The notes below the pieces were generated by a model. It was not told where the DNA came from, made no database searches, and saw only the letters and a list, made by a program, of their open reading frames with translations. A stretch of 38,193 nucleotides of DNA, taken from assembly GCF_001194135.2 (NCBI RefSeq), contig NC_069005.1, positions 4,725,946 through 4,764,138 on the forward strand, in the 5' to 3' direction. The DNA comes from Octopus bimaculoides. Lineage: Eukaryota. Both the position numbers and the translations under genes were made by a program. Shown here piece by piece: positions 11,139 through 22,496 of the stretch. Within the stretch, counting starts at the first letter, position 1; every line of letters starts with the position of its first letter.

Positions 11139-11934
11139 NNNNNNNNNNNNNNNNNNNNNNNNNNNNNNNNNNNNNNNNNNNNNNNNNNNNNNNNNNNNNN
11201 NNNNNNNNNNNNNNNNNNNNNNNNNNNNNNNNNNNNNNNNNNNNNNNNNNNNNNNNNNNNNNNNNNNNNNNNNNNNNNNNNNNNNNNNNNNNNNNNNNNN
11301 NNNNNNNNNNNNNNNNNNNNNNNNNNNNNNNNNNNNNNNNNNNNNNNNNNNNNNNNNNNNNNNNNNNNNNNNNNNNNNNNNNNNNNNNNNNNNNNNNNNN
11401 NNNNNNNNNNNNNNNNNNNNNNNNNNNNNNNNNNNNNNNNNNNNNNNNNNNNNNNNNNNNNNNNNNNNNNNNNNNNNNNNNNNNNNNNNNNNNNNNNNNN
11501 NNNNNNNNNNNNNNNNNNNNNNNNNNNNNNNNNNNNNNNNNNNNNNNNNNNNNNNNNNNNNNNNNNNNNNNNNNNNNNNNNNNNNNNNNNNNNNNNNNNN
11601 NNATATATATATATATATATATATACATGTGTATATATATAAATATATACACATATATATATATATACATATGTTTATATATAAATATATATATATGCAA
11701 ATATATATGCATGTGTGTGTGTGTGTGTATATATACATACGCACACATGTGCTTATATCATGGTGCAGATGATCATGATCATGATGGTGATGATCATACT
11801 GATGATGGTGATGATGATGATGACGATGTTGACGCGGATGTTAATGATTGCGATAAATATGCTTATCGCAATTAAAGTGTATTGAAAACGATAATGAAAC
11901 ATAATAAATACGAAGAAAGTTTCATTTACTTTTA

Positions 11935-11961
11935 AACACACACACACACACACACACACAC

Positions 11962-12020
<59 letters not shown>

Positions 12021-12520
12021 GTGATGCATACGTACATGTATATATATGTGTGTGTATGTGTATACGTACATCGTACATGCATATGAGTGTGTATGTGCGT
12101 GTGTGTGTGTTTGTGTACGTATATATATTGTAATATTGGTTGTGTGGAATAATTTGTGAACTTACTAACTTTCTAAGCGATTCTGTTGAATTTTCCTTCC
12201 ATGTCTTCCAAACTTTATACAACACACACACAAACATGCACTAACACACATACACACACACACATACACGCACTTCTAAATATACATACATATTTATATA
12301 TATATATATATATAATCACTTATAAGATGCTTTGTTCATGCATGTGAGAACATGTATGTATGAGTGTGTATTTTTGTTTGTATGTGTGTGTATTTGTGTG
12401 TGTGTGTTTACGTGTGTGTGTGTGTCTGTGTCTGTGTGTGTCTGTGTGTCTGTGTGTGTCTCTGTGTGTCTGTGTGTGCGTGTCTGTGTGTGTGTGTGTG
12501 CGTGTTTGTACGCCAATATA
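11935..12520. repeat. Compound CA/TA/TG/TCTG microsatellite block
   Basis: Direct inspection. Confidence 0.9.
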
Positions 12521-12679
12521 ATTGTGCTGTTGAAAATGACGCATTTTAACGAAGTGAGCCTAGAAAGGTATACTTGAAATTCCAGTCATGATTATTCAAC
12601 TACAATGTCTTCGAAAATTAAAATAAAGCTGGTGGGAGTGTGATATCGGTAAAACGACATAGTAGAACTGATCTTTCAG

Positions 12680-12802
12680 CTTCTGGGCGTTTTCACATTT
12701 TCCTTCAATTAAATTCGCTTGCAAGGAGTTGGTCGTCCTGGTGCAACAGTGTGTCCAAAATTCCACAACCTTGAACTGAACACGAAACCATGGACATACA
12801 AA
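12680..12802 (+). other. Possible exon carrying a start codon (5'UTR + MDIQ, phase-1 donor)
   Basis: Acceptor gatctttcag, Kozak-like aaccATGG, an in-frame upstream stop, and donor AAA|GTAAGT. Confidence 0.25.
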
Positions 12803-13040
12803 GTAAGTTTCTACAACAAATAGCCATACCTATCCCTAAAATTAATTTCGACCTCCATGTCTAACGTTCAAATCTGATACCGAAGAATATTTTAATCAAT
12901 TTAAAGCAAAACGTAATCGCACTGCCACATATGGAATTCGAACCTGGGTTATCACGCCCGCTTTGTTGTATCTTAACCACTTGGTGATCAGGTTATTTCT
13001 CCCTTTATGAGAAATATTTGTGCACAAAAACTTACTTTTC

Positions 13041-13082
13041 GCTGACGAGACAATTAATGTCGAAACTCTAGTGTCCCAGTAC
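13041..13082 (+). ncRNA. Hammerhead ribozyme-like motif with intact core and weak stem I
   Basis: G-CUGACGA-GACA-auuaa-UGUC-GAAA-C-ucuagu-GUC-ccaguac. Helix III is one substitution from the palindrome ACUCUAGAGU. Confidence 0.5.
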
Positions 13083-13439
13083 ACCTCGCGCCAATGATCC
13101 GTGTGTTTTATGAATAGTTGTTCTGTGACGTATGCAAAAGCCACAAGCATATCTGCGTTTCAATCGGAAGCAATTTATTCAGAACTTATAGCTATTTTAG
13201 ATTTCATTACAGCGTCAAGATTAGCGAAATCGTAACACTGGACCTTGTTTCGATAGGTTCATGATTACAGTTAAGTCATTGATTTCGTTCTTAAGATTCT
13301 TAAATTATAAGAATCCGATACACGTCGTGAAAAGCAGATTAATATTCCGTATTGGACTAATAGAGTCTACTAATAGCATTTAGCACAAAGCAATAATAAA
13401 TAATTTCTATGTTAATCCATTGTACATACATAAATACAT

Positions 13440-13525
13440 ATTATATATATATATATATATATGTGAATATGTGTGTATATACATGTATATTCACACATAC
13501 ACACACACATATATATATGTATATA

Positions 13526-13600
<75 letters not shown>
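13440..13600. repeat. (TA)n compound microsatellite
   Basis: Direct inspection. Confidence 0.95.
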
Positions 13601-13601
<1 letters not shown>

Positions 13602-13983
13602 TCCCTATCATTATTAATGATACATATATATACACATGTATATATGTATCTGTGTGTTTTCATTAATATATTTGTATTTTTCTTGGGGAAAAAAATTATG
13701 TTCCTTTTATCTGTACAATGTTGTGCAGGAAATCTGTCATGATTACACTATAAATTAAGTTCGGGTCGTTTGATCAACTAAATTATGATAGTAATTCGTT
13801 AATTAAAGATCTGAGTATGTTAACCATACAAGTAATTAAACCGTTTGTATTAGACGACATATATCACAACACGGTTAAAAGCTTTCTTACTTCAATTATA
13901 TCGCTAAAATACACCTAATCAGATTTGCTAAGACGTCAGTCCATAACACAGCTTTCATACGGAGGTTTCAGTACCTTTTTTCT

Positions 13984-14022
<39 letters not shown>

Positions 14023-14910
14023 TCTGTCTCTCTCTCCCTCTCTGTCTCTCTCTCNNNNNNNNNNNNNNNNNNNNNNNNNNNNNNNNNNNNNNNNNNNNNN
14101 NNNNNNNNNNNNNNNNNNNNNNNNNNNNNNNNNNNNNNNNNNNNNNNNNNNNNNNNNNNNNNNNNNNNNNNNNNNNNNNNNNNNNNNNNNNNNNNNNNNN
14201 NNNNNNNNNNNNNNNNNNNNNNNNNNNNNNNNNNNNNNNNNNNNNNNNNNNNNNNNNNNNNNNNNNNNNNNNNNNNNNNNNNNNNNNNNNNNNNATATAT
14301 ATATATATATATATATATAATGTGCGCGTTTGTGTGTGTGTGTGTATGCGCGCGTGTGTCCTACTCGTCGCTTTTCTATTTCACAAGGTATTACATATTC
14401 TATTCTGCTCTTATATACTTTACAATAACTCCTCTCACCCTATTGACCTTTTGCTATTTTGTGACGTCATAATGGTCACATATACGCCAATAAGAATTCG
14501 ATGGACATTAATCTCTAACCTTAAACTCAAGTCATCTTTGATCACCTCCAAACACATATAAACAAGGTCATATTTTATTCGGAATCGCCCCATTTCCTTT
14601 CAACAGTTTCCATGACAAAATCTCTCATCCGTCCACAGTTTCTGAAATGCACAATATGACGATGCACTTCTGATGGATATTTGGTTAGCATTTCTAGCAG
14701 ATTAAATGGTTGTGTAGAGATTCATTCATTTACTCTAACACTAAAATGGTTTGTTAAGATCCTTAATAATTCTCGGCTCTATGATTTGTTTTTCAGATTC
14801 CGACACAAGAAGCAGTTTCGTTTTATGCCTGCAAACTACCAATTAATTGAAAATCTGGTTGAGATTAATTCCATGTTGTTGTTGTTGATAATATTACTGC
14901 ACTCTTTCAA

Positions 14911-15103
14911 GGCGGCACGTTGGCAGAAACGATAGCACGCCAGGCGAAATGCTTAGCGGTATTTCGTCTTCCGAGGTCGACTTTGCCTTTCATCCTCTCG
15001 GGGTCGATTAAATAAATACCAGTTACGCACTGGGGTCGATATAATCTATTTAATCCGTTTGTCTGTCCTTCTTTGTCCCCTCTGTGTGTAGCTCCTTGTG
15101 GGC
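14911..15103 (+). mobile_element. SINE family A (tail type 2) with B-box deletion
   Basis: Head intact. About 26 nt including gagttcaaattcc are missing relative to the 23941 copy. Tail ttaatccgtttgtctgtcc...ccttgtgggc. Confidence 0.9.
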
Positions 15104-15171
15104 ATGCTAACGACTTTCCCCGCCTTTTTAATCGATTAATTTTATTGGTATTTCATTTCATCTCCGCCGAA

Positions 15172-15425
15172 GGTGACAATGCGTGGTCTATTGGTTAGGG
15201 GTTCTGCATTCTCGATTGCAACGTCATGGATTCGATTCACTGACCGAGCGACGCTTTCTGTTGCTGAGCAAAATCTCTGCATGCCCCATTGCTCCAGTTC
15301 ATTCAGCTCTAATTAGTAATCATAATTAGTAATTCTCTAATTAGTAATCCTGCAATGGAGTGGCATCCTGTTCGGGGAAAATTGTTGCCATCTCATTCAC
15401 TGATATGCCATGAAATCAGGTAAGT
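15172..15425 (+). mobile_element. Degenerate tRNA-derived SINE (group C-like)
   Basis: A-box-like tggtctattggttagg, B-box-like gattcgattc, and cctgcaatggagtggcatcctgttcgggg resembling the motif in the 16318 copy. Confidence 0.6.
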
Positions 15426-15449
15426 ACTTTTTTTTCTTTTCGAGCGTGA

Positions 15450-15744
15450 TACTTAGTTTATTGGTTATTTTTGCCGAACTGCTAAGTTACGGTGACGTAA
15501 GTGCAACAACACCGGCCGTTAAGCGGTGAGTAGAGGACAAACACAGACAAAAAGACACACATACATACACACACATATACGTTGGACCTCTTTCACTTTC
15601 CGTCTACCAAATCCATTCACAAATCTTTGATGGAACCAAGATAAAAATAGAAAATCCATGTCTAATGTGCCACGCAATGGAACTGAACCCGAAACCATGA
15701 GGTTTGGAAGCAGGCTTTTCACCACATAGCCACGCCTGCGGCTA
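15450..15744 (-). mobile_element. SINE family B with short internal CA/TA linker
   Basis: Both halves present and colinear with the 2049-2440 copy. Confidence 0.9.
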
Positions 15745-16317
15745 TTCTTTATATATTTATGTATTCATTCGATACTTTTCTTGATGTTGTTGTTATTCGT
15801 TAAATTTTTAATCTAGCGAAAAATTATATTTAGGAACGAAATTAATTACTAATTTATTAATAAATTACTGGACTTCTTATTAAAATTATTTTTAAAATAT
15901 TTCTTCCGAACATATCGATAACTTAACTTTGATGTCCATATTTGCTAATCTAGTGATACATTATGTGTGCATATACTAATCTGCTAATTATTCACCGTTT
16001 TGATCAATCTATTTACTAATTTAACGACGCCAGTCTTTAAAATCATGTTTAAATTTTAATATCTCATTCTGATTTCTTATCTGAAAATCAATGCAATGGA
16101 AGTGCCACTGTGTGTTGTGCGGGGTATAAATTAGCAATGATGGAGTTGATTATTGTTGTTCTCGATGTTGTAGTTGCTATTGTTATCGTTGTTATTATTA
16201 TTTTTACTGTTGAGTATATCGTTGTTGATTTTGTCATTGGTATTGTTGCCATCGTATTCGTTTTGTTTTCCGTTTTCTTTGCAGTTGCCTTTTAATCCTC
16301 CAACTTAAGGAATATTA

Positions 16318-16631
16318 AAAAGACGTCGCCCCTTCAAAGCCTAGCCAGACTCATGAGCCCGGTTTCCCGGTTTCTATGGCGTATGTGTTCTCCCCAGTGG
16401 GACGGGACGCAAGTCCATCGCAGCGTTACTCAAGAAACAGGAAGAAAGAGTGAGAGAAAGTTGGGGCGAAAAAGTACAACAGGGATAACCCCCATCCCCT
16501 GCTGGAGCCTCGTGGAGCTTTAGGTGTTTTCGCTCAGTAAACACTCACAACGCCCGGTCTGGGAATCGAAACCGCGATCCTCCGACCGCGAGTCCGCTGC
16601 CCTAAGCACTGGGCCATTGCGCCTCCACCTG
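16318..16631 (-). mobile_element. Full-length tRNA(Arg)-like SINE (group C) with 9-bp TSD
   Basis: Revcomp head ggcgcaatggcccagtgcttagggcagcggactcgcggtcggaggatcgcggtttcgattccc. Internal gctgcgatggacttgcgtcccgtcc. TSD ggaatatta at 16309-16317 and 16632-16640. Confidence 0.9.
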
Positions 16632-16943
16632 GGAATATTAGTCATATCTATTATGAAGGACATTCGAGTCGTTACCAAACAAGCATTTCTGACAACGCAA
16701 AATGTGTGCGTACGTACTACAACGAACGTCCATCTATTATTTTAACACATTCTACGACATCGCGGGGAATTCTGGGAATTTTGAGCGGGCAACATCTTGC
16801 TGATCACATGACCCCAGTGAACAATGATACTGAACATATGACACTTGTATAATTAGTGCCATACCGCAGGTTTCTTGGTGACACGCGATGAATTTTGAAT
16901 TAAATTCCGCCTGCAGTATCATGTTATAAAATGCCTATGCATA

Positions 16944-17102
16944 TGCGCATGCGTAATTCGGTGGTAATAAACTTGCTTCCGAGCCATATGGTTTTGTGTT
17001 GAATTCCTGCCTAACACCTTGAGCAGATATTTTCTACTATATCCCATGCTGACCAAAGACTCATGGGTAGATTTGGTAAATGGGAATTGAAAAAAGCTCC
17101 GC
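16944..17102 (+). mobile_element. SINE family B, head half running into (TG)n
   Basis: accttgagcagatattttctactat...gaccaaagactcatgggtagatttggtaaatgggaattgaaa. Confidence 0.8.
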
Positions 17103-17108
17103 ATATAC

Positions 17109-17152
<44 letters not shown>

Positions 17153-18163
17153 ACATGTGTGCGCTAGCGCATGCGTGTGTGAGTGTGTCTATTCATCTCC
17201 TATTGCCGCATACACAAGAACTATAAATTTGTACTCTACATGCGATAACTGTAATATTGCATTTCCTATCACTGAAGGTAAGGGACAAAAACAACACACA
17301 CAAACATTTCTGTCTTCCCTCATAGCTTGCGCATAAACTAACAGCGAATGCCGCATAAAGTTACATTGGAGTGGAGCTTTCTGAAAACTACCTATAGCTT
17401 TCGCTAGTGGAAGCAAAACTCGGCGCAGTTATGATGTAAGCACGTGCTAAAAACCTCATAGCATTTTTTTTTTTTTTTTTTTTACGAATTTTCACAAAAT
17501 TTTCTCTGCAAAATGGATTTGATACGAGTATGCAAAAATTAAAACAAAAAACATTTTCTTTTTTTTTTTTTTTCTAATTCATTTCTATTTATAATTTCCT
17601 AGCAATTTTTTAAATGCTTCAAAATCAAAATTGCATAAATAAGTGTGCCAGAAACAGTATTTAAAAATTCAGGAAATAGGTTTTTGGGATATCCCTTATT
17701 ATGACTGATTCTTATTCCGTTATTCTCTCTTCTGAAACATACATATACATGTATAAATGTATACAGAAACATATNNNNNNNNNNNNNNNNNNNNNNNNNN
17801 NNNNNNNNNNNNNNNNNNNNNNNNNNNNNNNNNNNNNNNNNNNNNNNNNNNNNNNNNNNNNNNNNNNNNNNNNNNNNNNNNNNNNNNNNNNNNNNNNNNN
17901 NNNNNNNNNNNNNNNNNNNNNNNNNNNNNNNNNNNNNNNNNNNNNNNNNNNNNNNNNNNNNNNNNNNNNNNNNNNNNNNNNNNNNNNNNNNNNNNNNNNN
18001 NNNNNNNNNNNNNNNNNNNNNNNNNNNNNNNNNNNNNNNNNNNNNNNNNNNNNNNNNNNNNNNNNNNNNNNNNNNNNNNNNNNNNNNNNNNNNNNNNNNN
18101 NNNNNNNNNNNNNNNNNNNNNNNNNNNNNNNNNNNNNNNNNNNNNNNNNNNNNNNNNNNNNNN

Positions 18164-18214
<51 letters not shown>

Positions 18215-18290
18215 ACAAGTATATATACATATAATCCAGAAACAGCCTGCAGAGTGCGGTAGTTAATAGAATTCATTCTTTTCTCTACAG

Positions 18291-18337
18291 CCCGTTACCA
18301 AATGATTGAATCAAATTCCATTGGCCATTGACTCCAG
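18291..18337 (+). other. Possible 47-nt non-coding exon
   Basis: Acceptor ttcattcttttctctacag and donor CAG|GTATGT. Stop codons in all three frames. Confidence 0.3.
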
Positions 18338-18414
18338 GTATGTACTATGTGCGTGCGTGTATGTGTATGTGAGCATGTGTGTGTGTGCTCGCACGCACGC
18401 GGGTCAGAAAGGGC

Positions 18415-18452
<38 letters not shown>

Positions 18453-19058
18453 GAGGGAGAGAGATAGTGTGAGCGACGTTATGTCCCACACGAACTTGCT
18501 TAGAAATTGCTAATTGTGTATGCAAGCAGTGTATGAGAATTAATTAGGCGATTTAAGCAATGATAACACCTATTATAATGCAGTGTTCAACAACAAAAAT
18601 TGGTGTCAATTAAACGGAATATAATTTTAAAATTGAAGCTTAACAATTCTTGACATGACAAATTAGTGTTTACCGAAAATTCGAGTAATTAGATACAGCA
18701 TGTTTACAGTCGTAATTCTTACTTCTACTATAACTAATATTACTGGAGGTTGTTCCCTCCTCCGCCGCTGCCACCGCTGTTGCTGCTGCTATTCAATGTT
18801 GCGGAGGAAAAGGAGAAGGATGAGGAGGAAATAGAGGTCGATTATTAAATTGCTGTCGATGTTTAAACGTCAGGTCAGCTTTTACCAAAAATGCTCCACT
18901 CTCGACCAGCACTTATCGTATCACAGAATGCGTGTGTTATCCAAAATGCGCAACACACACACACACACACANNNNNNNNNNNNNNNNNNNNNNNNNNNNN
19001 NNNNNNNNNNNNNNNNNNNNNNNNNNNNNNNNNNNNNNNNNNNNNNNNNNNNNNNNNN

Positions 19059-19093
<35 letters not shown>

Positions 19094-19454
19094 GTATAAA
19101 GAGAGAAAAAATTAAGAGACCAATGGCAAAGTTACAAATATATTTTATGGATAAAGTCTTACAGCTGTTTCAGGGAAAATTCAATGTATCCCTTCATCGG
19201 AGACAGTAATAGTAGAGGAATGGATTATTACATCTTTTAGAGGAGATTTGTAGCAAGAAGCGAGAGCGATGCGCTGAAAAACGAACAAAGAAGAAACAGT
19301 ACTTGGAGTGTAGCTTCATTCCAGCAGTAAATATCCATGTAAAGTATCCTTGTGGGTATTTTCCGGAGATAATTGTAGTCGCAAAGGTGGATATATATCA
19401 TATCAAGGGGGAACTGGATTTTACCTCGAAAAAAGAACCAAGCCAAGCGAAGCC

Positions 19455-19545
19455 AAATTAAGTACCAGTTGCATACTGGGGTCGATCAAATCGACTGGCC
19501 CCTTCCCCAAAAATTGCGGGCCTTGTGCCTAGAGTAGAAAAGATT
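19455..19545 (+). mobile_element. SINE family A, 3' half (tail type 1)
   Basis: aaattaagtaccagttgcatactggggtcgatc...gggccttgtgcctagagtagaaaag. Confidence 0.9.
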
Positions 19546-19574
19546 AGTATTGCTGTTATTATTATTTCACTTAA

Positions 19575-19800
19575 GGCGGTAAGCTGGCAGAATCGTTAGC
19601 GCGCTGGACCTAATGCTTAGCGGTATTTCTCCCGTCACCACGTTCTGGGTTCAAATTCCGCCGAGGTAGACTTCGCTTTTTCTCGTTTCGAGGTCGATAA
19701 ATGAAGTACCTGATGAACGCCGGAGTCGATATAATCGACTCATCCCCTCCCCACCCATCACCCCAAAATTGATTCCCTTGTGGTAGCAATTTTGAAACCA
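19575..19800 (+). mobile_element. SINE family A, full copy
   Basis: Head ggcggtaagctggcagaatcgttagc, B-box gggttcaaattcc, central domain and tail. Confidence 0.9.
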
Positions 19801-20460
19801 TTATCATCATCATCATTGTAGTCGTTTTTATCGTTGTAGTTATTGCTGATCTTACTATCCGTGTTTCGCTTCCTCATAATTTTCTTGTGGCTGCTGCTGT
19901 TGTCGAGGTTGTTGTTGTTGTCACCGTTCCTGTTATTTTACTTGCTTTCGTTCTTGTTTTATTCATGTTGTTGCTATCACGGTTGTATCGCTTTACTTGT
20001 TGCTCTGTTGTTGTTGGTGGTGGTAGTAGTAGTGGTGGTAGTGGTGATGGCGGTGGTGATGGCGGTGGTGATGGTAGTGCGATGACAGTGGTGCTTTTGT
20101 TATCTTTGTCGTTGATTTTGTTGTTGTTGTTCTTCTTCTTAGTGTTGTTCTTGTTGGTGGTGGTGTTGTTGGTGTAGCTGCTGCTATTGTTTTTGTTGTA
20201 GTTGTTATTGCTGTTGGTGGTGGTGCTGCACTTTTTGTTGCTCTTGTTAAAGCTACTGCTGCTTGTAGTGGGGGTGAGGTTGGCGCTAATGGTGGTGGTG
20301 CTGCTGCTGGTGGTAGTGGAGGCGGCAGTGATGCTGCTGCTGCTGCTACTTGTGGTAGTGTTGGTGCTGGTGGTGTGGTGGCGGTGGTGGTGGTGGTGGT
20401 GGCGCTGGTGGTGGCGCTGTTCTTGTTACTGCTCATAGTGTATTGTTTTACTTGTTGTTG
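19800..20460. repeat. Degenerate trinucleotide low-complexity block (GTT/GGT/GCT)
   Basis: Direct inspection. Confidence 0.9.
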
Positions 20461-21179
20461 TTTGATAAAACGGTGAAAGCCGATGAGTAGTTGATAATAT
20501 AACATAAAACAGAATACAAACACACATACACACCAAAAACAAAACAAAAAAATAAATAAATGATAAATAAATAACAAAATAAATAAGATGGATGATCCAC
20601 CGAGCAGCGTTTATTTGATAACATCAAACATTGGAATTTCTTCTTTCTTTATCATTTTCATTTTCGTTTTTGCGTTCGAGAATGTTCTCTTAGAGTTGAC
20701 CGATGGGAATTTAATTTCCGGCCGATGGCATCTCTGATCGATATCAAAGCAGATCAATAAGAAATTGGTATGTTTTGCCAAAAACTGCTGGAACTACCAC
20801 TGGCACTTAAGACTGTTCTAACGCGATAACGTTAAGAAGAGAATTGCAGAAAAAGTCGAAGAATGGTAAAGTTAGTGTGGAATTAACACGGAGGTTTTAT
20901 GTGATTATTTAGAACATACGTATGTTATAAGCTAGCTCAACATAGCCAGGCATGTATAAAATAGTTCATAGGAAACATATGGTGTGAGTTAGAAGAAACA
21001 TACTATGTAAAAGGTAATTTAGAGCAAGCATGTGCTGTTAGAAGCTTAATAGAATCGTGTATTTAATTCCTGTATTAAATCCGAAAGAAAGAATGGTGCT
21101 AAGGAATAGCAAAGCAAAGCATAGAAAAACATACCAAAGAATATCAGACCACGGCTGGGTACAGAATCTTTTCCTGTCG

Positions 21180-21690
21180 TTTCTTTTACTTCTATCGTTC
21201 ATTAGACTGCGGCCATGCTGGGGCACCGACTTGAATTTTTAGTTGAATGAATCGATCCCAGTATTTTCTGAGGTTTTTTTTCTCTCTTAAAGTCTGGTAC
21301 TTATTCTACCGGTCTCTAAAGCTGAACTGCTAAGTCAGGGCATGTAAACATAACAACACTTGTTGCCAAGCGGTGGTAGGACACACACACACACACAGGT
21401 TTGACATAATACCGATAGAATCAGCACCAGGCTTTCAAAGAGTACGTACTCGGGTGGATCCTTTCGACAAAAATTTGTCAAGGCGGTGCTCCAGAATGGC
21501 CACGGTCTAAAACACTGATAAAAATAAAATACACAATGGCTTTGTTTCAATTTCTGACTACCAAATCCACTCACAAGGCCTTGGTCGTCCGAGAGATATA
21601 GTACGAAACACTTGCCCGATGTGCCAGGCAGTGGGACTGAACCCGTAACCGTGTGGTTGAGAATTAAGGTTATGACCACACACAAATGCC
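21180..21690 (-). mobile_element. SINE family B with an oppositely oriented B-tail fragment (21408-21530) at its linker
   Basis: Minus-strand tail 21180-21390, plus-strand tail 21408-21530, minus-strand head/CORE 21540-21690. Confidence 0.8.
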
Positions 21691-21931
21691 TACGTCAAAT
21701 CATTGCTATTTCACTTCTGAGCAAATATATGCTGTGGCGTTTCATAGCGACTTTATTGATATTATTATGTGTTAATAGACATAGCATATATTAACATAAT
21801 ACACTTTGTGTTAATTCCCTTAATATAATATTACCATATATTTAGTATTAAATATTGGCATGTGGAATATGTTTATACAATAATGTACTCATTATATGTA
21901 GATATGTAATATAATATTATAAGCGTAAGCT

Positions 21932-22147
21932 AGGTGATAAGCTGGCAAACCGGTTAGCACTCCGGAGAAAATGCTTCGCAGCATTCGTCCGTCTTTTGTT
22001 CTGAGTTCAAACTCCGTCGGTGTTGATTCTGCCTTTCACAGTGTAGAGTTACGATAAAATAAGTAGACGTTGAGTACTCGGGTCGCTGCCATTGATTTAC
22101 TACCTCCCAACCCGGAACTTGCTGGCTTTGCGCTGAAATTTTAAACC
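21932..22147 (+). mobile_element. SINE family A, degenerate full copy
   Basis: aagctggcaaaccggttagcactccgg...gttctgagttcaaactcc... Confidence 0.85.
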
Positions 22148-22172
22148 AATCGAATATTATGGGTGAATGCAC

Positions 22173-22345
22173 GACGCCTAATGTTAGGCTGTTGCACTCA
22201 TGATCGCGTGATCGTGGTTTCGATTCCCAGAACGGCGGTGTGTTTTAATCTTGAGCAAAACATTTTACTTCACGCTTCTCCAGTGCAAACAACTGAAAAT
22301 TGGGGACCCTGCACGGGACCGGTGTTTTCTTCCGGGAGAAATGCT
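22173..22345 (+). mobile_element. Degenerate tRNA-derived SINE (group C-like)
   Basis: gatcgtggtttcgattcccagaacggcg...ttgagcaaaacattttacttc. Confidence 0.6.
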
Positions 22346-22496
22346 GGCCTACCAGCCCAACGGATGTGACATCATCAATGTAAAGCTACAGCAATGCATG
22401 GAAAAGCATCGTGACCAGCGTGTTATAACATCAACCGATAGCCTAATCAATACACTTGATATAATATTATATAAAACAAAACAAAACAATATCTCT

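Noticed and set aside
13150-13190. Minus-strand CUGAAUA-stem-GAAAC hammerhead-like string
   Set aside because: G8 is missing and there is no GUH triplet or stem I
16540-16628. tRNA gene
   Set aside because: It is a tRNA-like SINE head with no acceptor stem closure, continuing into a SINE body with TSD
19843-20577. Thr/Pro/Ala-rich (mucin-like) and poly-Val/Leu ORFs
   Set aside because: Degenerate trinucleotide repeats open in several frames on both strands, with no splice or domain support
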